64,000 nt of DNA, taken from positions 148 to 64,147 of the forward strand of contig CADBPG010000005.1 in NCBI GenBank assembly GCA_902796435.1, in the 5' to 3' direction. The notes under the pieces are model-generated. The model worked only from the letters and a program-made list of their open reading frames with translations, was not told the origin of the DNA and ran no database searches. Of the stretch, positions 35,201 to 45,007 are shown piece by piece. Origin of the DNA: an uncultured Eubacteriales bacterium (GTDB lineage Bacteria > Bacillota > Clostridia > Lachnospirales > Bianqueaceae). The number at the start of each line of letters is the position of its first letter. Positions within the stretch are counted from its first letter, which is position 1. Made by a program: the position numbers and the translations under genes.

Positions 35201-36736
35201 ATGTCTGAATATGCAATCGAAATGCTGCATATCACCAAACGCTTTCCCGGTATCATAGCCAACGATGATATTTCACTCCAACTGCGCAAGGGCGAGATCC
35301 ACGCGCTGCTGGGAGAAAACGGCGCCGGCAAATCCACGCTCATGTCCGTCCTCTTCGGCTTATATCAGCCGGAAGAAGGCGAGATCCGCAAGGACGGCGT
35401 CAAGGTCGAGATCAAGGACCCGAATGATGCCAACGATCTTGGCATCGGTATGGTGCACCAGCACTTCAAACTGGTGGAATGCTTCTCCGTTCTCGACAAT
35501 ATCATCCTGGGTGTCGAACCGAACAAAGCAGGATTTCTTCAGAAAAAGGAAGCCCGGGAGAAAGTCATCGCACTTTCCGAAAAATACGGCCTGAAGGTCG
35601 ATCCGGACGCCATCATCGAAGATATCACCGTAGGTATGCAGCAGCGTACCGAGATCCTCAAGATGCTGTACCGGGACAATGAGATCCTGATCTTCGATGA
35701 GCCGACGGCGGTCCTTACACCGCAGGAGATCGAAGAACTGATGCAGATCATGAAGAATCTGGCGGCGGAAGGCAAGTCCATCCTCTTTATCTCCCATAAG
35801 CTGAATGAGATCATGGAAGTCGCGGACCGCTGCACTGTTCTGCGTAAGGGTAAGTACATCGGCACGGTCGATATCAAAGATACGACGGCGGAAGGTCTGT
35901 CCGCCATGATGGTCGGCCGCAACGTCAATTTCCATGTAGAAAAAGGAGAAGCGCACCCGGGCGATGTCATTCTGGATGTACAGAATATGGTCGTCGCTTC
36001 CAAATCACATCATAACAACGCGGTCAAGGGTGTTTCCTTTAAGATCCGTGCAGGTGAAATCCTTTGTATTGCCGGTATCGACGGCAATGGTCAGACAGAG
36101 CTTGCCTATGGTCTTTCCGGACTGGAACCCGTAAAGAGCGGCAAGATCATGTTCAAAGGCATGGATATCACCCATATGCCCATCCGTAAGCGCAGCGTCA
36201 ACGGCATGAGCCATATTCCGGAGGATCGTCATAAGCATGGCCTGGTCCTGGACTACTCTCTGGAAAACAATCTGGTGCTGCAGCGCTACTTCGAACCTGA
36301 ATTCATCACCAAGACCGGTTTCCTGAAGAAACAGAACATCCGCAAATACGCAGAGCGTCTGATCGAAGAATATGACGTGCGTTCCGGCCAGGGCCCGATC
36401 ACAGCGGCCCGTGCTATGTCCGGCGGTAACCAGCAGAAGGCGATCATCGGCCGTGAGATCGACAAGGATCCGGATCTTCTGATCGCGGTCCAGCCGACCC
36501 GTGGCCTGGACGTTGGCGCCATCGAGTCCGTCCATAAGGAACTGGTGGGCATCCGCGATGCCGGTAAGGCAGTCCTTCTGATCTCTCTGGAACTGGACGA
36601 GGTCATGGACGTTTCCGACCGCATCCTGGTCATGTATGAGGGTGAGATCGTTGGTGAACTGGATCCGAAGAAGACTACGGTCGAAGAAATGGGTCTGTAT
36701 ATGGCCGGTGCAAAACGAGACGAGGTGAAAGCATGA
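35201..36736 (+). CDS. ABC transporter ATP-binding protein with duplicated ATPase domains (sugar/nucleoside type)
   Basis: It has Walker A GENGAGKST, the signature QQRTEIL and a second half with MSGGNQQK. Confidence 0.9.
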   Translation: MSEYAIEMLHITKRFPGIIANDDISLQLRKGEIHALLGENGAGKSTLMSVLFGLYQPEEGEIRKDGVKVEIKDPNDANDLGIGMVHQHFKLVECFSVLDNIILGVEPNKAGFLQKKEAREKVIALSEKYGLKVDPDAIIEDITVGMQQRTEILKMLYRDNEILIFDEPTAVLTPQEIEELMQIMKNLAAEGKSILFISHKLNEIMEVADRCTVLRKGKYIGTVDIKDTTAEGLSAMMVGRNVNFHVEKGEAHPGDVILDVQNMVVASKSHHNNAVKGVSFKIRAGEILCIAGIDGNGQTELAYGLSGLEPVKSGKIMFKGMDITHMPIRKRSVNGMSHIPEDRHKHGLVLDYSLENNLVLQRYFEPEFITKTGFLKKQNIRKYAERLIEEYDVRSGQGPITAARAMSGGNQQKAIIGREIDKDPDLLIAVQPTRGLDVGAIESVHKELVGIRDAGKAVLLISLELDEVMDVSDRILVMYEGEIVGELDPKKTTVEEMGLYMAGAKRDEVKA

Positions 36737-37851
36737 AAAAGAACATCCTGAAAAATGAAGGCGTTCAGTCCCTGCTCGCCTCTCTGATCTGCATCGTGCT
36801 GGGCCTTCTGATCGGACTGATCGTGCTTCTGTTCATCAATCCGGCCGGCGCATTCGATGCGATCCTTGCCATCATCAAAAACTTCTTTACCTATTCCCGG
36901 GCGAATCTGCAGTTGAAGAACTTCGGTAATACCCTGGTTCAGACGGCTCCGCTGTTGATGTGCTCGCTCTCCGTTCTGTTCTGCTATAAGGTCGGATTGT
37001 TCAACATCGGCGCGGCGGGACAGTATGTAGTCGGTGCCTGCGTCAGCATCTACGCGGCTCTGGCCTTCGGCCTGCCCTGGTGGGTGGCCCTGCTTCTGGC
37101 CATCCTGGTCGGCGCCATCTATGGTGCGATCGTCGGCCTGCTGAAAGCCTATGGCAACGTCAACGAAGTCATCTCCGGTATCATGCTCAACTGGATCGGT
37201 CTGTATACGACCAACATGATCCTGAGCGCGGTAAAGGAAGAAACCAGCCCCTATACGCTGCATCTGAAGGACCATGCGCCCTCCAGCATCCTGCCGACAC
37301 TGGGTCTGGACAAGCTGTTCGCCAATAACGCCTATGTGTCCCTGGCCATTCCGCTGGCGATCCTGGTGGCCATCGCTTTGAAGGTCATCCTAGATCAGAC
37401 ACGGTTCGGTTATGAGCTGAAGGCGACCGGTTACAACAAGAACGCGGCGAAATACGCCGGTATGGCGGAAAAGCGCAACATCATCGTCACTTTGGCGATC
37501 GGCGGTGCGCTGGCAGCCTGCGGCGGTGCCCTCTTCTATCTGACCGACTTCGAACAGTGGAGTGTTACCGCATCTACCGTGCCCGGCATGGGCTTCAACG
37601 GTATCGCAGCTGCCTTCCTGGGCGGCCTGAATCCGATCGGTACCATTTTCTCCTCTTATTTCATCCAGCATATCACCCGCGGCGGTGCTTATGTTGACAA
37701 GACGCTGTATTCCGCACAGATCTCCGATCTGATCTCTGCCATCATCATTTATCTCTGCGGTTTCGTAGGATTCATGAAACTGGCCATGAAGAAAAGGATC
37801 GCGGCAAAGGAAGAGAAACAGCAGAAAACGACGAAAGGAGCGGATGCATAA
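36733..37851 (+). CDS. ABC transporter permease
   Basis: A polytopic membrane protein translationally coupled to the ATPase gene (ATGA overlap). Confidence 0.85.
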   Translation: MKKNILKNEGVQSLLASLICIVLGLLIGLIVLLFINPAGAFDAILAIIKNFFTYSRANLQLKNFGNTLVQTAPLLMCSLSVLFCYKVGLFNIGAAGQYVVGACVSIYAALAFGLPWWVALLLAILVGAIYGAIVGLLKAYGNVNEVISGIMLNWIGLYTTNMILSAVKEETSPYTLHLKDHAPSSILPTLGLDKLFANNAYVSLAIPLAILVAIALKVILDQTRFGYELKATGYNKNAAKYAGMAEKRNIIVTLAIGGALAACGGALFYLTDFEQWSVTASTVPGMGFNGIAAAFLGGLNPIGTIFSSYFIQHITRGGAYVDKTLYSAQISDLISAIIIYLCGFVGFMKLAMKKRIAAKEEKQQKTTKGADA

Positions 37852-38792
37852 TGTTACTGTTATTCCAATACACATTGATCTTCGCGTCTGTTCTTCTGCT
37901 CGTCGCCCTTGGCGGATGCTTTTCTGAACACTCCGGCGTGATCAACCTGGGTCTGGAAGGTATCATGGTCATCGGTGCCCTGGGTGGTGCTTTGATGATG
38001 CGCTATCTTCCGACAGAAATGAACGGTTTCCTGACAGTGATCCTGGTCATGATCGGCGCTGTCGTATTCGGTGTCGTCTATTCTGCCCTGCTGGCAGTCG
38101 CCTGCATCAACTTCAAAGCGGATCAGACCATCGTCGGTACTGCGCTGAACATTCTGGGTACCGCCCTGGCCACCGTTCTGGTCAAGGCTATCAACATGAA
38201 GGCAAATCCGGATGATGTTTCTTCCACCATCCAGTATGTCGTCCAGAAGAAAAAGTTCATCCAGTATATCGGCAACTTTGAATTCAACTGGTTTCTGGTC
38301 GTCACCGTTATCGCGCTGATCGTCGCGTTCGTGGTCCTTTACAAGACCAAGTTCGGTCTGCGTATGATGGCCTGCGGTGAACATCCCCAGGCGGCGGCTT
38401 CCGTAGGTATCAACGTGTACAAGATGCGTTGGGCCGGTGTTCTGATCTCCGGTATCTTCGCTTCTCTCGGCGGTATCAGCTATATCCTGGCCGGTGTTTC
38501 CGAATGGAAATTCGAAAACGGTGTCGCGGGCTTCGGCTTCCTGTCCCTGGCTGTTATGATCTTCGGTCAGTGGAAACCCTTCCGTATCGCTCTGGCAGCC
38601 CTGCTCTTCGGCTTGTTCCGTGCTCTGTCCAACGTATACATCGGTATCGGTTTCCTGAACGCGCTGCATATTCCGAGTACGGTGTACAACATGATGCCTT
38701 ATATCATTTCTCTGATCGTCCTTGCGTTCACCTCCCGCTCCTCCAAGGCGCCGAAGGCTGAAGGTATCCCGTACGATCCGGGTATGAGATGA
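37851..38792 (+). CDS. ABC transporter permease
   Basis: The second polytopic permease of the same operon. Its start abuts or overlaps the previous stop. Confidence 0.85.
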   Translation: MLLLFQYTLIFASVLLLVALGGCFSEHSGVINLGLEGIMVIGALGGALMMRYLPTEMNGFLTVILVMIGAVVFGVVYSALLAVACINFKADQTIVGTALNILGTALATVLVKAINMKANPDDVSSTIQYVVQKKKFIQYIGNFEFNWFLVVTVIALIVAFVVLYKTKFGLRMMACGEHPQAAASVGINVYKMRWAGVLISGIFASLGGISYILAGVSEWKFENGVAGFGFLSLAVMIFGQWKPFRIALAALLFGLFRALSNVYIGIGFLNALHIPSTVYNMMPYIISLIVLAFTSRSSKAPKAEGIPYDPGMR

Positions 38793-38879
38793 TCTTTCAA
38801 CATCAAAACAATAAAAAAAGTCTTTCGGCAGGCATCAACGGCCTGCCGTTAGACTTCATGAAACGAGGTGCTTTGCATT

Positions 38880-40181
38880 ATGCGCATGTATGATATCATC
38901 GAGAAAAAAAGAGACGGTCATCCTTTGACTGAGGAAGAGATCCGTTTTTTTGTCGAAGGATACACGGACGGTTCGATTCCTGATTATCAGGCCTCCGCAT
39001 TATGCATGGCCATCTACTTCCGAGGCATGAATGATCAGGAGATCTCCATACTGACGGATGCTATGGCCCATTCTGGAGATATGCTCGATCTTTCCCGCTT
39101 CGGTACGCTTTCCGCGGATAAACACTCCACCGGCGGTGTTGGAGATAAGACCTCCCTCATCGTCATGCCCATCATCGCGGCTCTGGGTGCCAAAGTCGCT
39201 AAGATGACCGGCCGCGGCCTGGGGCATACCGGCGGAACCGTGGACAAGCTGGAATCCATCCCCGGCTACGATGTGACCCTGGACGGTCAGACCTTCATGC
39301 AGCAGGTGGAAGATATCGGCATTTCCCTGATCGGTCAGTCCGGCAACATGACCCCCGCGGACAAGAAACTGTATGCCCTGCGGGATGTGACGGCGACTGT
39401 TGATTCAATCCCCTTGATCACTTCCAGTATCATGTGCAAAAAACTGGCTGCAGGCGCCCATAACATCGTTCTGGACGTCAAGGTGGGCTCCGGTGCTTTC
39501 ATGAAGACTGTTGAAGATGCGCGGGAACTGGCCACGAAGATGACGACCATCGGCCGGCTCTGCGGCCGCAATATCGCCGCTGTGCTGACGAATATGAACC
39601 AGCCTCTGGGCCATAACATCGGCAACGCGCTGGAGGTGCAGGAGGCGGTCGAAGTCCTTAATGGCGGCGGACCGGATGATATGAAGCAGGTCTGCCTGGC
39701 GCTGGCTTCTGCTCTGGCCTCCATGGTCTTCCAGATCCCTCATGATGAGGCGGTGCAAAGAGCGGAAGAAGCCCTTGTTTCCGGTGCCGCGTTCCAGAAA
39801 ATGGTGGAATGGATCGGCCGTCAGGGCGGTGACGTGCGTTATCTGAAGGATACCTCGCTCTTCCCCAAATGCAGCTGTGTTTATGAGGTCAAGGCGACCG
39901 AGAGTGGTTATATCCAGTCCATGGACGCGGAACAGATCGGCCTCTGCTCTGTTCTTCTGGGTGCCGGCCGTGCTACCAAGGAAGAATCCATCGATCCTGC
40001 AGCAGGTATCATCCTGAACAAAAAGATCGGTGCACCGGTAAACAAGGGCGATGTGCTTTGTACCTTGTATACCAACCGGGAGGCAGTCATCCCGACTGCG
40101 GAGCAACAGTATATACAGGCGGTCCGGATCGGTGCGGAGGCACCCGAAGAAGAGCCTCTCATCTATGATATCATCCGGTAA
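38880..40181 (+). CDS. pdp: Pyrimidine-nucleoside (thymidine) phosphorylase
   Basis: ATG 38880 (MRMYDIIEKKRDG); DKHSTGGVGDK; TGRGLGHTGGTVDKLE. Confidence 0.9.
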   Translation: MRMYDIIEKKRDGHPLTEEEIRFFVEGYTDGSIPDYQASALCMAIYFRGMNDQEISILTDAMAHSGDMLDLSRFGTLSADKHSTGGVGDKTSLIVMPIIAALGAKVAKMTGRGLGHTGGTVDKLESIPGYDVTLDGQTFMQQVEDIGISLIGQSGNMTPADKKLYALRDVTATVDSIPLITSSIMCKKLAAGAHNIVLDVKVGSGAFMKTVEDARELATKMTTIGRLCGRNIAAVLTNMNQPLGHNIGNALEVQEAVEVLNGGGPDDMKQVCLALASALASMVFQIPHDEAVQRAEEALVSGAAFQKMVEWIGRQGGDVRYLKDTSLFPKCSCVYEVKATESGYIQSMDAEQIGLCSVLLGAGRATKEESIDPAAGIILNKKIGAPVNKGDVLCTLYTNREAVIPTAEQQYIQAVRIGAEAPEEEPLIYDIIR

Positions 40182-40199
40182 ACAGGAAAGGATAAAGAT

Positions 40200-40814
40200 A
40201 TGGAAACAATGTTGATCATCGGCATCGCCGGCGGCTCCGGTTCCGGAAAAAGCACGATCTCTGACCTGTTGAAAAAGAAATTCGGCGATGATGTGACTGT
40301 CATCAACCATGATGACTATTATAAGGCCCAGCATGATAAGACCTATGAAGAGCGCACCAAGCAGAATTATGACGCGCCGGAAGCCTTCGATACCGACCTT
40401 ATGGCCCAGCATATCGAGCTGCTCAAACAGGGGTTTTCCATCGACTGCCCCGTCTACGACTATACCATCCACGACCGCAGCGATCAGGTCAAGACCATCG
40501 AGCCTACCCGGGTCCTTGTGATCGACGGGATCATGGTCCTGGCCGAGCCGAAGCTTAGGGAAAAGATGGACATCAAGATCTTCGTGGACACCGACGCGGA
40601 CATCCGCATCCTGCGCCGCATCCGGCGGGATGTCAACGAGCGCGGACGCTCTTTGGATTCTGTCATCGATCAGTATATTTCTACGGTCAAGCCCATGCAT
40701 GAAATGTATGTGGAACCCAGTAAAAAATACGCGGATCTGATCATCCCCGTCGGCGGACACAATCTGGTCGCCATGGAAATGATCGAGAACCGCGTACGTG
40801 CGCATTTGTTTTAA
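40200..40814 (+). CDS. udk: Uridine kinase
   Basis: Has the P-loop IGIAGGSGSGKST, then DDYYK and VLVIDGI. Confidence 0.9.
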   Translation: METMLIIGIAGGSGSGKSTISDLLKKKFGDDVTVINHDDYYKAQHDKTYEERTKQNYDAPEAFDTDLMAQHIELLKQGFSIDCPVYDYTIHDRSDQVKTIEPTRVLVIDGIMVLAEPKLREKMDIKIFVDTDADIRILRRIRRDVNERGRSLDSVIDQYISTVKPMHEMYVEPSKKYADLIIPVGGHNLVAMEMIENRVRAHLF

Positions 40815-41968
40815 TGCGGCAGTATCGTTGACAATGGCAGATCCTCCCGTTTGCGGGAGATCTCCATCAAACCTAAATGTGTATACCCATGGATCGTCAC
40901 ACGTTGACGGTCCTTTTTAATTTGCTCTTTCATCAGCTGCAGTAGTTTTTCCCGGTCACTGTCACGTTTCATATCGATGAAATCCACGATGATGATGCCG
41001 CTTAGGTTGCGCAGCCGGATCTGCTCCGCGATCACGGGACAGGCCTTGGCATTGACTTTGAAGATCGAATCCTCCCGGGACTGTCCGTGGAAAACGGTGC
41101 CGCCACTGTTCACGTCGATGACCACTAAGGCCTCGGTCTCATCGATGACGATGGACCCGCCGTCCTTTAAGGGCACTTCTCTCTTCAGAGCCCGGGTCAG
41201 CGCGGAGGTGATCTTATAGAAATCACTGATATTGAACCGACCCTGATCGAACAGCCGGAACTGCGGGATCAGTTCCTGCGGCAGGCCTGGAAGCTGGACC
41301 AGCTGCTTCATAAGTTCTTTGTCAGCACATACGATGGAATCAGCAGCGGTGATCCCGGCAGAACGCAGGAAAGACACAAATGGGTGGACCGGAGCAAAGA
41401 GAATGGCCCCTACAGGCGCTGTAATGGCCTTATTTTCGATGGAAGCATATAAATCGTATAAATACGTGGCTTCCTCTAGAATCGCGTCAGAATCGGCTCT
41501 GAGGGCTTCTGTGCGGAAGATCCATCCGAACCGCCCTGCTCCCGGCAGCCGGGCAGCCAGAGCCCGTAAACGCTCCTGCGCCTGAGGATCATCGATGCGC
41601 AGGGATACATGGACCCTGTGATCGAAGGGCGTCAGCACCAGATAATGCCCAGGCAGTGTGTACCGTTCGGTGACGCGGTACCCTTTCCGCCCTTTGCCCT
41701 CCTGTTCGATCTGCAGGATCGGCTGGCTTCCGCCGGAAACCTTGCGGCCGGCATTCCAGAACCCGGGCTTGTCCAGACCCAGATCGACGAAATAGGAGTG
41801 GACCGTGCCCGTCTCCCGCTGGACCTGCCCTTTTAGGATCTGCCCGATCCGTAAAGGCTCCGTCAAAGAATACCGATGGTATTCCACAAGTGTATCACCC
41901 TCGATCAGGCCGGCGTAGAAGATCTCTGCCGTGCCCTCGATGGTGATGGTTCTTTTTGCAGTACTCAT
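40811..41968 (-). CDS. rng: Rne/Rng family ribonuclease (RNase G-like)
   Basis: It has an S1-like N-terminus (GQILKGQVQRETGTVHSYFVDLG) and a catalytic core (VVIDVNSGG, IIIVDFIDM). Confidence 0.8.
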   Translation of the reverse strand: MSTAKRTITIEGTAEIFYAGLIEGDTLVEYHRYSLTEPLRIGQILKGQVQRETGTVHSYFVDLGLDKPGFWNAGRKVSGGSQPILQIEQEGKGRKGYRVTERYTLPGHYLVLTPFDHRVHVSLRIDDPQAQERLRALAARLPGAGRFGWIFRTEALRADSDAILEEATYLYDLYASIENKAITAPVGAILFAPVHPFVSFLRSAGITAADSIVCADKELMKQLVQLPGLPQELIPQFRLFDQGRFNISDFYKITSALTRALKREVPLKDGGSIVIDETEALVVIDVNSGGTVFHGQSREDSIFKVNAKACPVIAEQIRLRNLSGIIIVDFIDMKRDSDREKLLQLMKEQIKKDRQRVTIHGYTHLGLMEISRKREDLPLSTILPH

Positions 41969-41971
41969 AGT

Positions 41972-42670
41972 TTACATCAAAGAAACGAACTGGCCACCCT
42001 GGGTCTGGTACAGATGGGTACGGTGGATCGTCTCCTCGTGGACCCATTCCAGATGCTCGATGAAGGCATAGAAGCATTCCAGCAGCGAATCCACCTTCAG
42101 GTTGACAGTGCTTCCGCAGGCACAGGTCAGCACCAGGGTGTTCGCATCAGACATTTCATACTGATAGATCAGACCTTTGACATCGACATCGAGCCATTGC
42201 TTGCGCCCCCGCACCTTGCCCAGACGGCGGATCATGATCTGCTCCTGCGCGAAGAAAGCACTGGTCAAAGCGGCCCAGTCTACATCTTTTTCAGGGAAGG
42301 TGATCTCGTAAGTAGACGCGGTCACCAGAGCCATGGCAGTTTCATAATGCTCTGGCAGATCGATGCAACGAGACAAGGAAAGACCCGGCGGGAGCTGTGC
42401 GTTGGTACGGCGCAGGATCTCCTCATTGTCCATGGGAGTTTCCAGCGTCAGATCCGCATATTCATCGGCACTGGTCATGCCCAGGCCTAAAGGATTTGCA
42501 AAAGAAAGCAATGGATGGGGATTGAAGCCCTGGGAATAGGCCAGGGGCACTTCTGCTCTGCGGAAAGCCCGCTGAAAGGTACGCAGCAGGTCCAGATGAC
42601 CGATGAACTTCAACCTGCCGGTCTTGGAAAAACAAATACGTTTATTGATCACGGCCGGCCTCCTCTCCAT
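41972..42670 (-). CDS. TIGR03936/DUF2344 family radical-SAM-associated protein
   Basis: FSKTGRLKFIGHLDLLRTFQRAFRRAEVPLAYSQGFNPHP. It lies downstream of the TIGR03960-type radical SAM gene. Confidence 0.75.
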   Translation of the reverse strand: MERRPAVINKRICFSKTGRLKFIGHLDLLRTFQRAFRRAEVPLAYSQGFNPHPLLSFANPLGLGMTSADEYADLTLETPMDNEEILRRTNAQLPPGLSLSRCIDLPEHYETAMALVTASTYEITFPEKDVDWAALTSAFFAQEQIMIRRLGKVRGRKQWLDVDVKGLIYQYEMSDANTLVLTCACGSTVNLKVDSLLECFYAFIEHLEWVHEETIHRTHLYQTQGGQFVSLM

Positions 42671-44525
42671 AACAGATACCGTGGGACGCGAGTTTTTTGA
42701 TACCGCAGCCGGAGCATTGCTCCCGGCAATTCGGGCTCGTCACGCCCTGCTTGGCGCGTTCATATTCATGATACAGGAATTCCTTACGGACACCGACGTC
42801 GATATGATCCCAAGGGAAGACTTCGTCTTTGGCCCGTTCACGGGTGATATAGTACGCAGCCTCGATCCCGCACTCCTCGATGGCTTCTTTCCAGGCATCC
42901 TCCAGGAACATATCGGACCAGCTGTCGAAACGGCAGCCCTTTTTCCACGCGGTATAGATCAGATCGGCCATACGGCGGTCGCCCCGGGCGAAATACCCCT
43001 CCAGCGTGCTCAAAAATGCATCATGACAGTTGTATTGGACCTTGCGGTTGCGGATCTTGCCGTTCAGGAACTGCTGTTTGCCCATGTACTCCTCATAGGA
43101 GGTCTGGGCGACCCACTGGAAGGGTGTGAAAGGCTTAGGCACGAAGAAGGAAGTGCTGACAGTGACCTTCAGGTCCTTGGCACGTATAGCCTTGTCGATG
43201 GAGAAATACTCATCGACGATGGCCTGGGCCAGACGGGAGATGCCTTCGATGTCCTCCTCCGTTTCCGTAGGCAGACCCAGCATAAAGTACAGTTTGACCC
43301 GGTTCCATCCACCCTGGAAGGCCAGATGCACGCCATTCAGGATCTCTTCCTCGGTGATGTTCTTATTGATCACATCCCGAAGCCGCTGCGAGCCACCCTC
43401 CGCGGCAAAAGTCAGACCGCTCTTCTTGCCTTCAGCCAGCCGTTCCATCAGGTCCAGCGAAAAGGCGTCGACACGCAGAGACGGCAGGGAAACGTTGATA
43501 TGCGGATAGCGCTCATGGATCTCCTGGATCAGTTCGAAGATCTGCGGATAATCGTTGGAGCTTAAGGATGAGAAGGACAATTCATCATAGCCCGTATTCT
43601 TCAGCAGTTCATCCGCCAATGTAAGCAGGTTGGCCTTGCTGCGCTGGCGCACCGGCCGATAGACCATACCGGCCTGGCAGAAACGGCAGCCGCGGATGCA
43701 TCCGCGGAAGATCTCCAGAACCGCCCGGTCCTGTACCGTCTGCAGATAGGGAATGATCGGACTGGTCGGATACGGTACCTTGTCCATCTCTTCGCAGATC
43801 AGCTTGACGACCTTTTCCGGCACATCCGGCCGGTTCGGGCGGATGCTTGCGATCCTTGGCGTATGGTCGCAGCCCTCCGCGGGATGATCCTCATAGGTCA
43901 CAGTGTAGAAGGCCGGCACATAGATCCCGGGGATCTTCGCCAGTTCCTCAAGGAACGCGCGGCGCGGCAGACCCTGGGCCCGATGCTTGCGGTAGGCTTC
44001 AAAGATGGATCCGAAGGCCACTTCACCCTCACCCATGTAGAAGAAATCGATGAAGGCCGCCAGAGGCTCCGGATTATATCCGGTAGAACCACCGGCACAG
44101 ACCAGAGGATCATCATCCGTACGGTCCTTGGCAAAGATCGGGATGTCACCCAGATGGAGCATGTTCAGGATGTTCGTAAAGGACATCTCATACTGCAGGG
44201 TAAAGCCCAGGAAATCAAAATCCCGGATCCGGGTAAAGGTCTCCAGAGAATACAAGGGGATCTGATGCTGGATCATCTGCTCTTCCATGTCCGGCCAGGG
44301 AGCAAAGCAACGCTCCATATAGACGTCATCATACCGGTTGTAGTCATGGTACAAGACCTGCAGTCCCAAATGGGACATACCGATATCATACACATCCGGG
44401 AAGCAAAAACAAAAGCGGATCAGGTCATCCGTGATCTCCTTACGGACCATGTTGACTTCTCCGCCAATGTAGCGGGCCGGCTTTTGTACGGACAGCAGTA
44501 CAGAATCAGGAATGTGTACCTGCAT
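42642..44525 (-). CDS. TIGR03960-type radical SAM protein (B12-binding-like N-terminal domain)
   Basis: The CxxxCxxC-type cluster motif is RGCIRGCRFCQAG. The protein is 627 aa with an N-terminal QKPARYIGGE motif. Confidence 0.8.
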   Translation of the reverse strand: MQVHIPDSVLLSVQKPARYIGGEVNMVRKEITDDLIRFCFCFPDVYDIGMSHLGLQVLYHDYNRYDDVYMERCFAPWPDMEEQMIQHQIPLYSLETFTRIRDFDFLGFTLQYEMSFTNILNMLHLGDIPIFAKDRTDDDPLVCAGGSTGYNPEPLAAFIDFFYMGEGEVAFGSIFEAYRKHRAQGLPRRAFLEELAKIPGIYVPAFYTVTYEDHPAEGCDHTPRIASIRPNRPDVPEKVVKLICEEMDKVPYPTSPIIPYLQTVQDRAVLEIFRGCIRGCRFCQAGMVYRPVRQRSKANLLTLADELLKNTGYDELSFSSLSSNDYPQIFELIQEIHERYPHINVSLPSLRVDAFSLDLMERLAEGKKSGLTFAAEGGSQRLRDVINKNITEEEILNGVHLAFQGGWNRVKLYFMLGLPTETEEDIEGISRLAQAIVDEYFSIDKAIRAKDLKVTVSTSFFVPKPFTPFQWVAQTSYEEYMGKQQFLNGKIRNRKVQYNCHDAFLSTLEGYFARGDRRMADLIYTAWKKGCRFDSWSDMFLEDAWKEAIEECGIEAAYYITRERAKDEVFPWDHIDVGVRKEFLYHEYERAKQGVTSPNCREQCSGCGIKKLASHGICYGEEAGRDQ

Positions 44526-44553
44526 AGTGTTCGTGTTCCTCCGTTCAATGATT

Positions 44554-44580
44554 AGGAAAAAGGGCCTTATACAAGGCCCG
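44554..44580 (-). terminator. Rho-independent terminator after mgsA
   Basis: On the minus strand, GGGCCTTGTATAAGGCCC followed by TTTTTCC. Confidence 0.7.
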
Positions 44581-44593
44581 TAGTCAATGGTTT

Positions 44594-44992
44594 TTATGAG
44601 CGGTAAAGGCTGCGCCAGTCCAGATCGCCCCGCTCCAGTGCCATGATCAGAGCTTCTGCCGTGGCAACATTGGTAGCGACCGGAATGTTATTGTTATCGC
44701 ACATTCTAACGATTTCGATGAAGCTCTGGTTACGCTGCGGATCCTGACCGGGATCGCGCAGGAAAATGACCAGATCCATTTCATTCCCGTTGATCTGCGC
44801 GCTGAGCTGACGGTCTCCACCTAAATGGCCTGCCAGGGCCCGATGGATCCGAAGTCCGGTGACGTCCTCAACAAGCCGGCCTGTCGTGTCGGTTGCATAG
44901 ATCTGGTGTTTACTGAGGATCGGACGATATGCGATGCAGAAATTCTGCATGAGTTTCTTTTTGTTATCGTGTGCGATCAATGCGATGTTCAT
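44594..44992 (-). CDS. mgsA: Methylglyoxal synthase
   Basis: MNIALIAHDNKK ... ATDTTG ... GGDRQL. Confidence 0.9.
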   Translation of the reverse strand: MNIALIAHDNKKKLMQNFCIAYRPILSKHQIYATDTTGRLVEDVTGLRIHRALAGHLGGDRQLSAQINGNEMDLVIFLRDPGQDPQRNQSFIEIVRMCDNNNIPVATNVATAEALIMALERGDLDWRSLYRS

Positions 44993-45007
44993 GGGACACT
45001 CCTTTTG

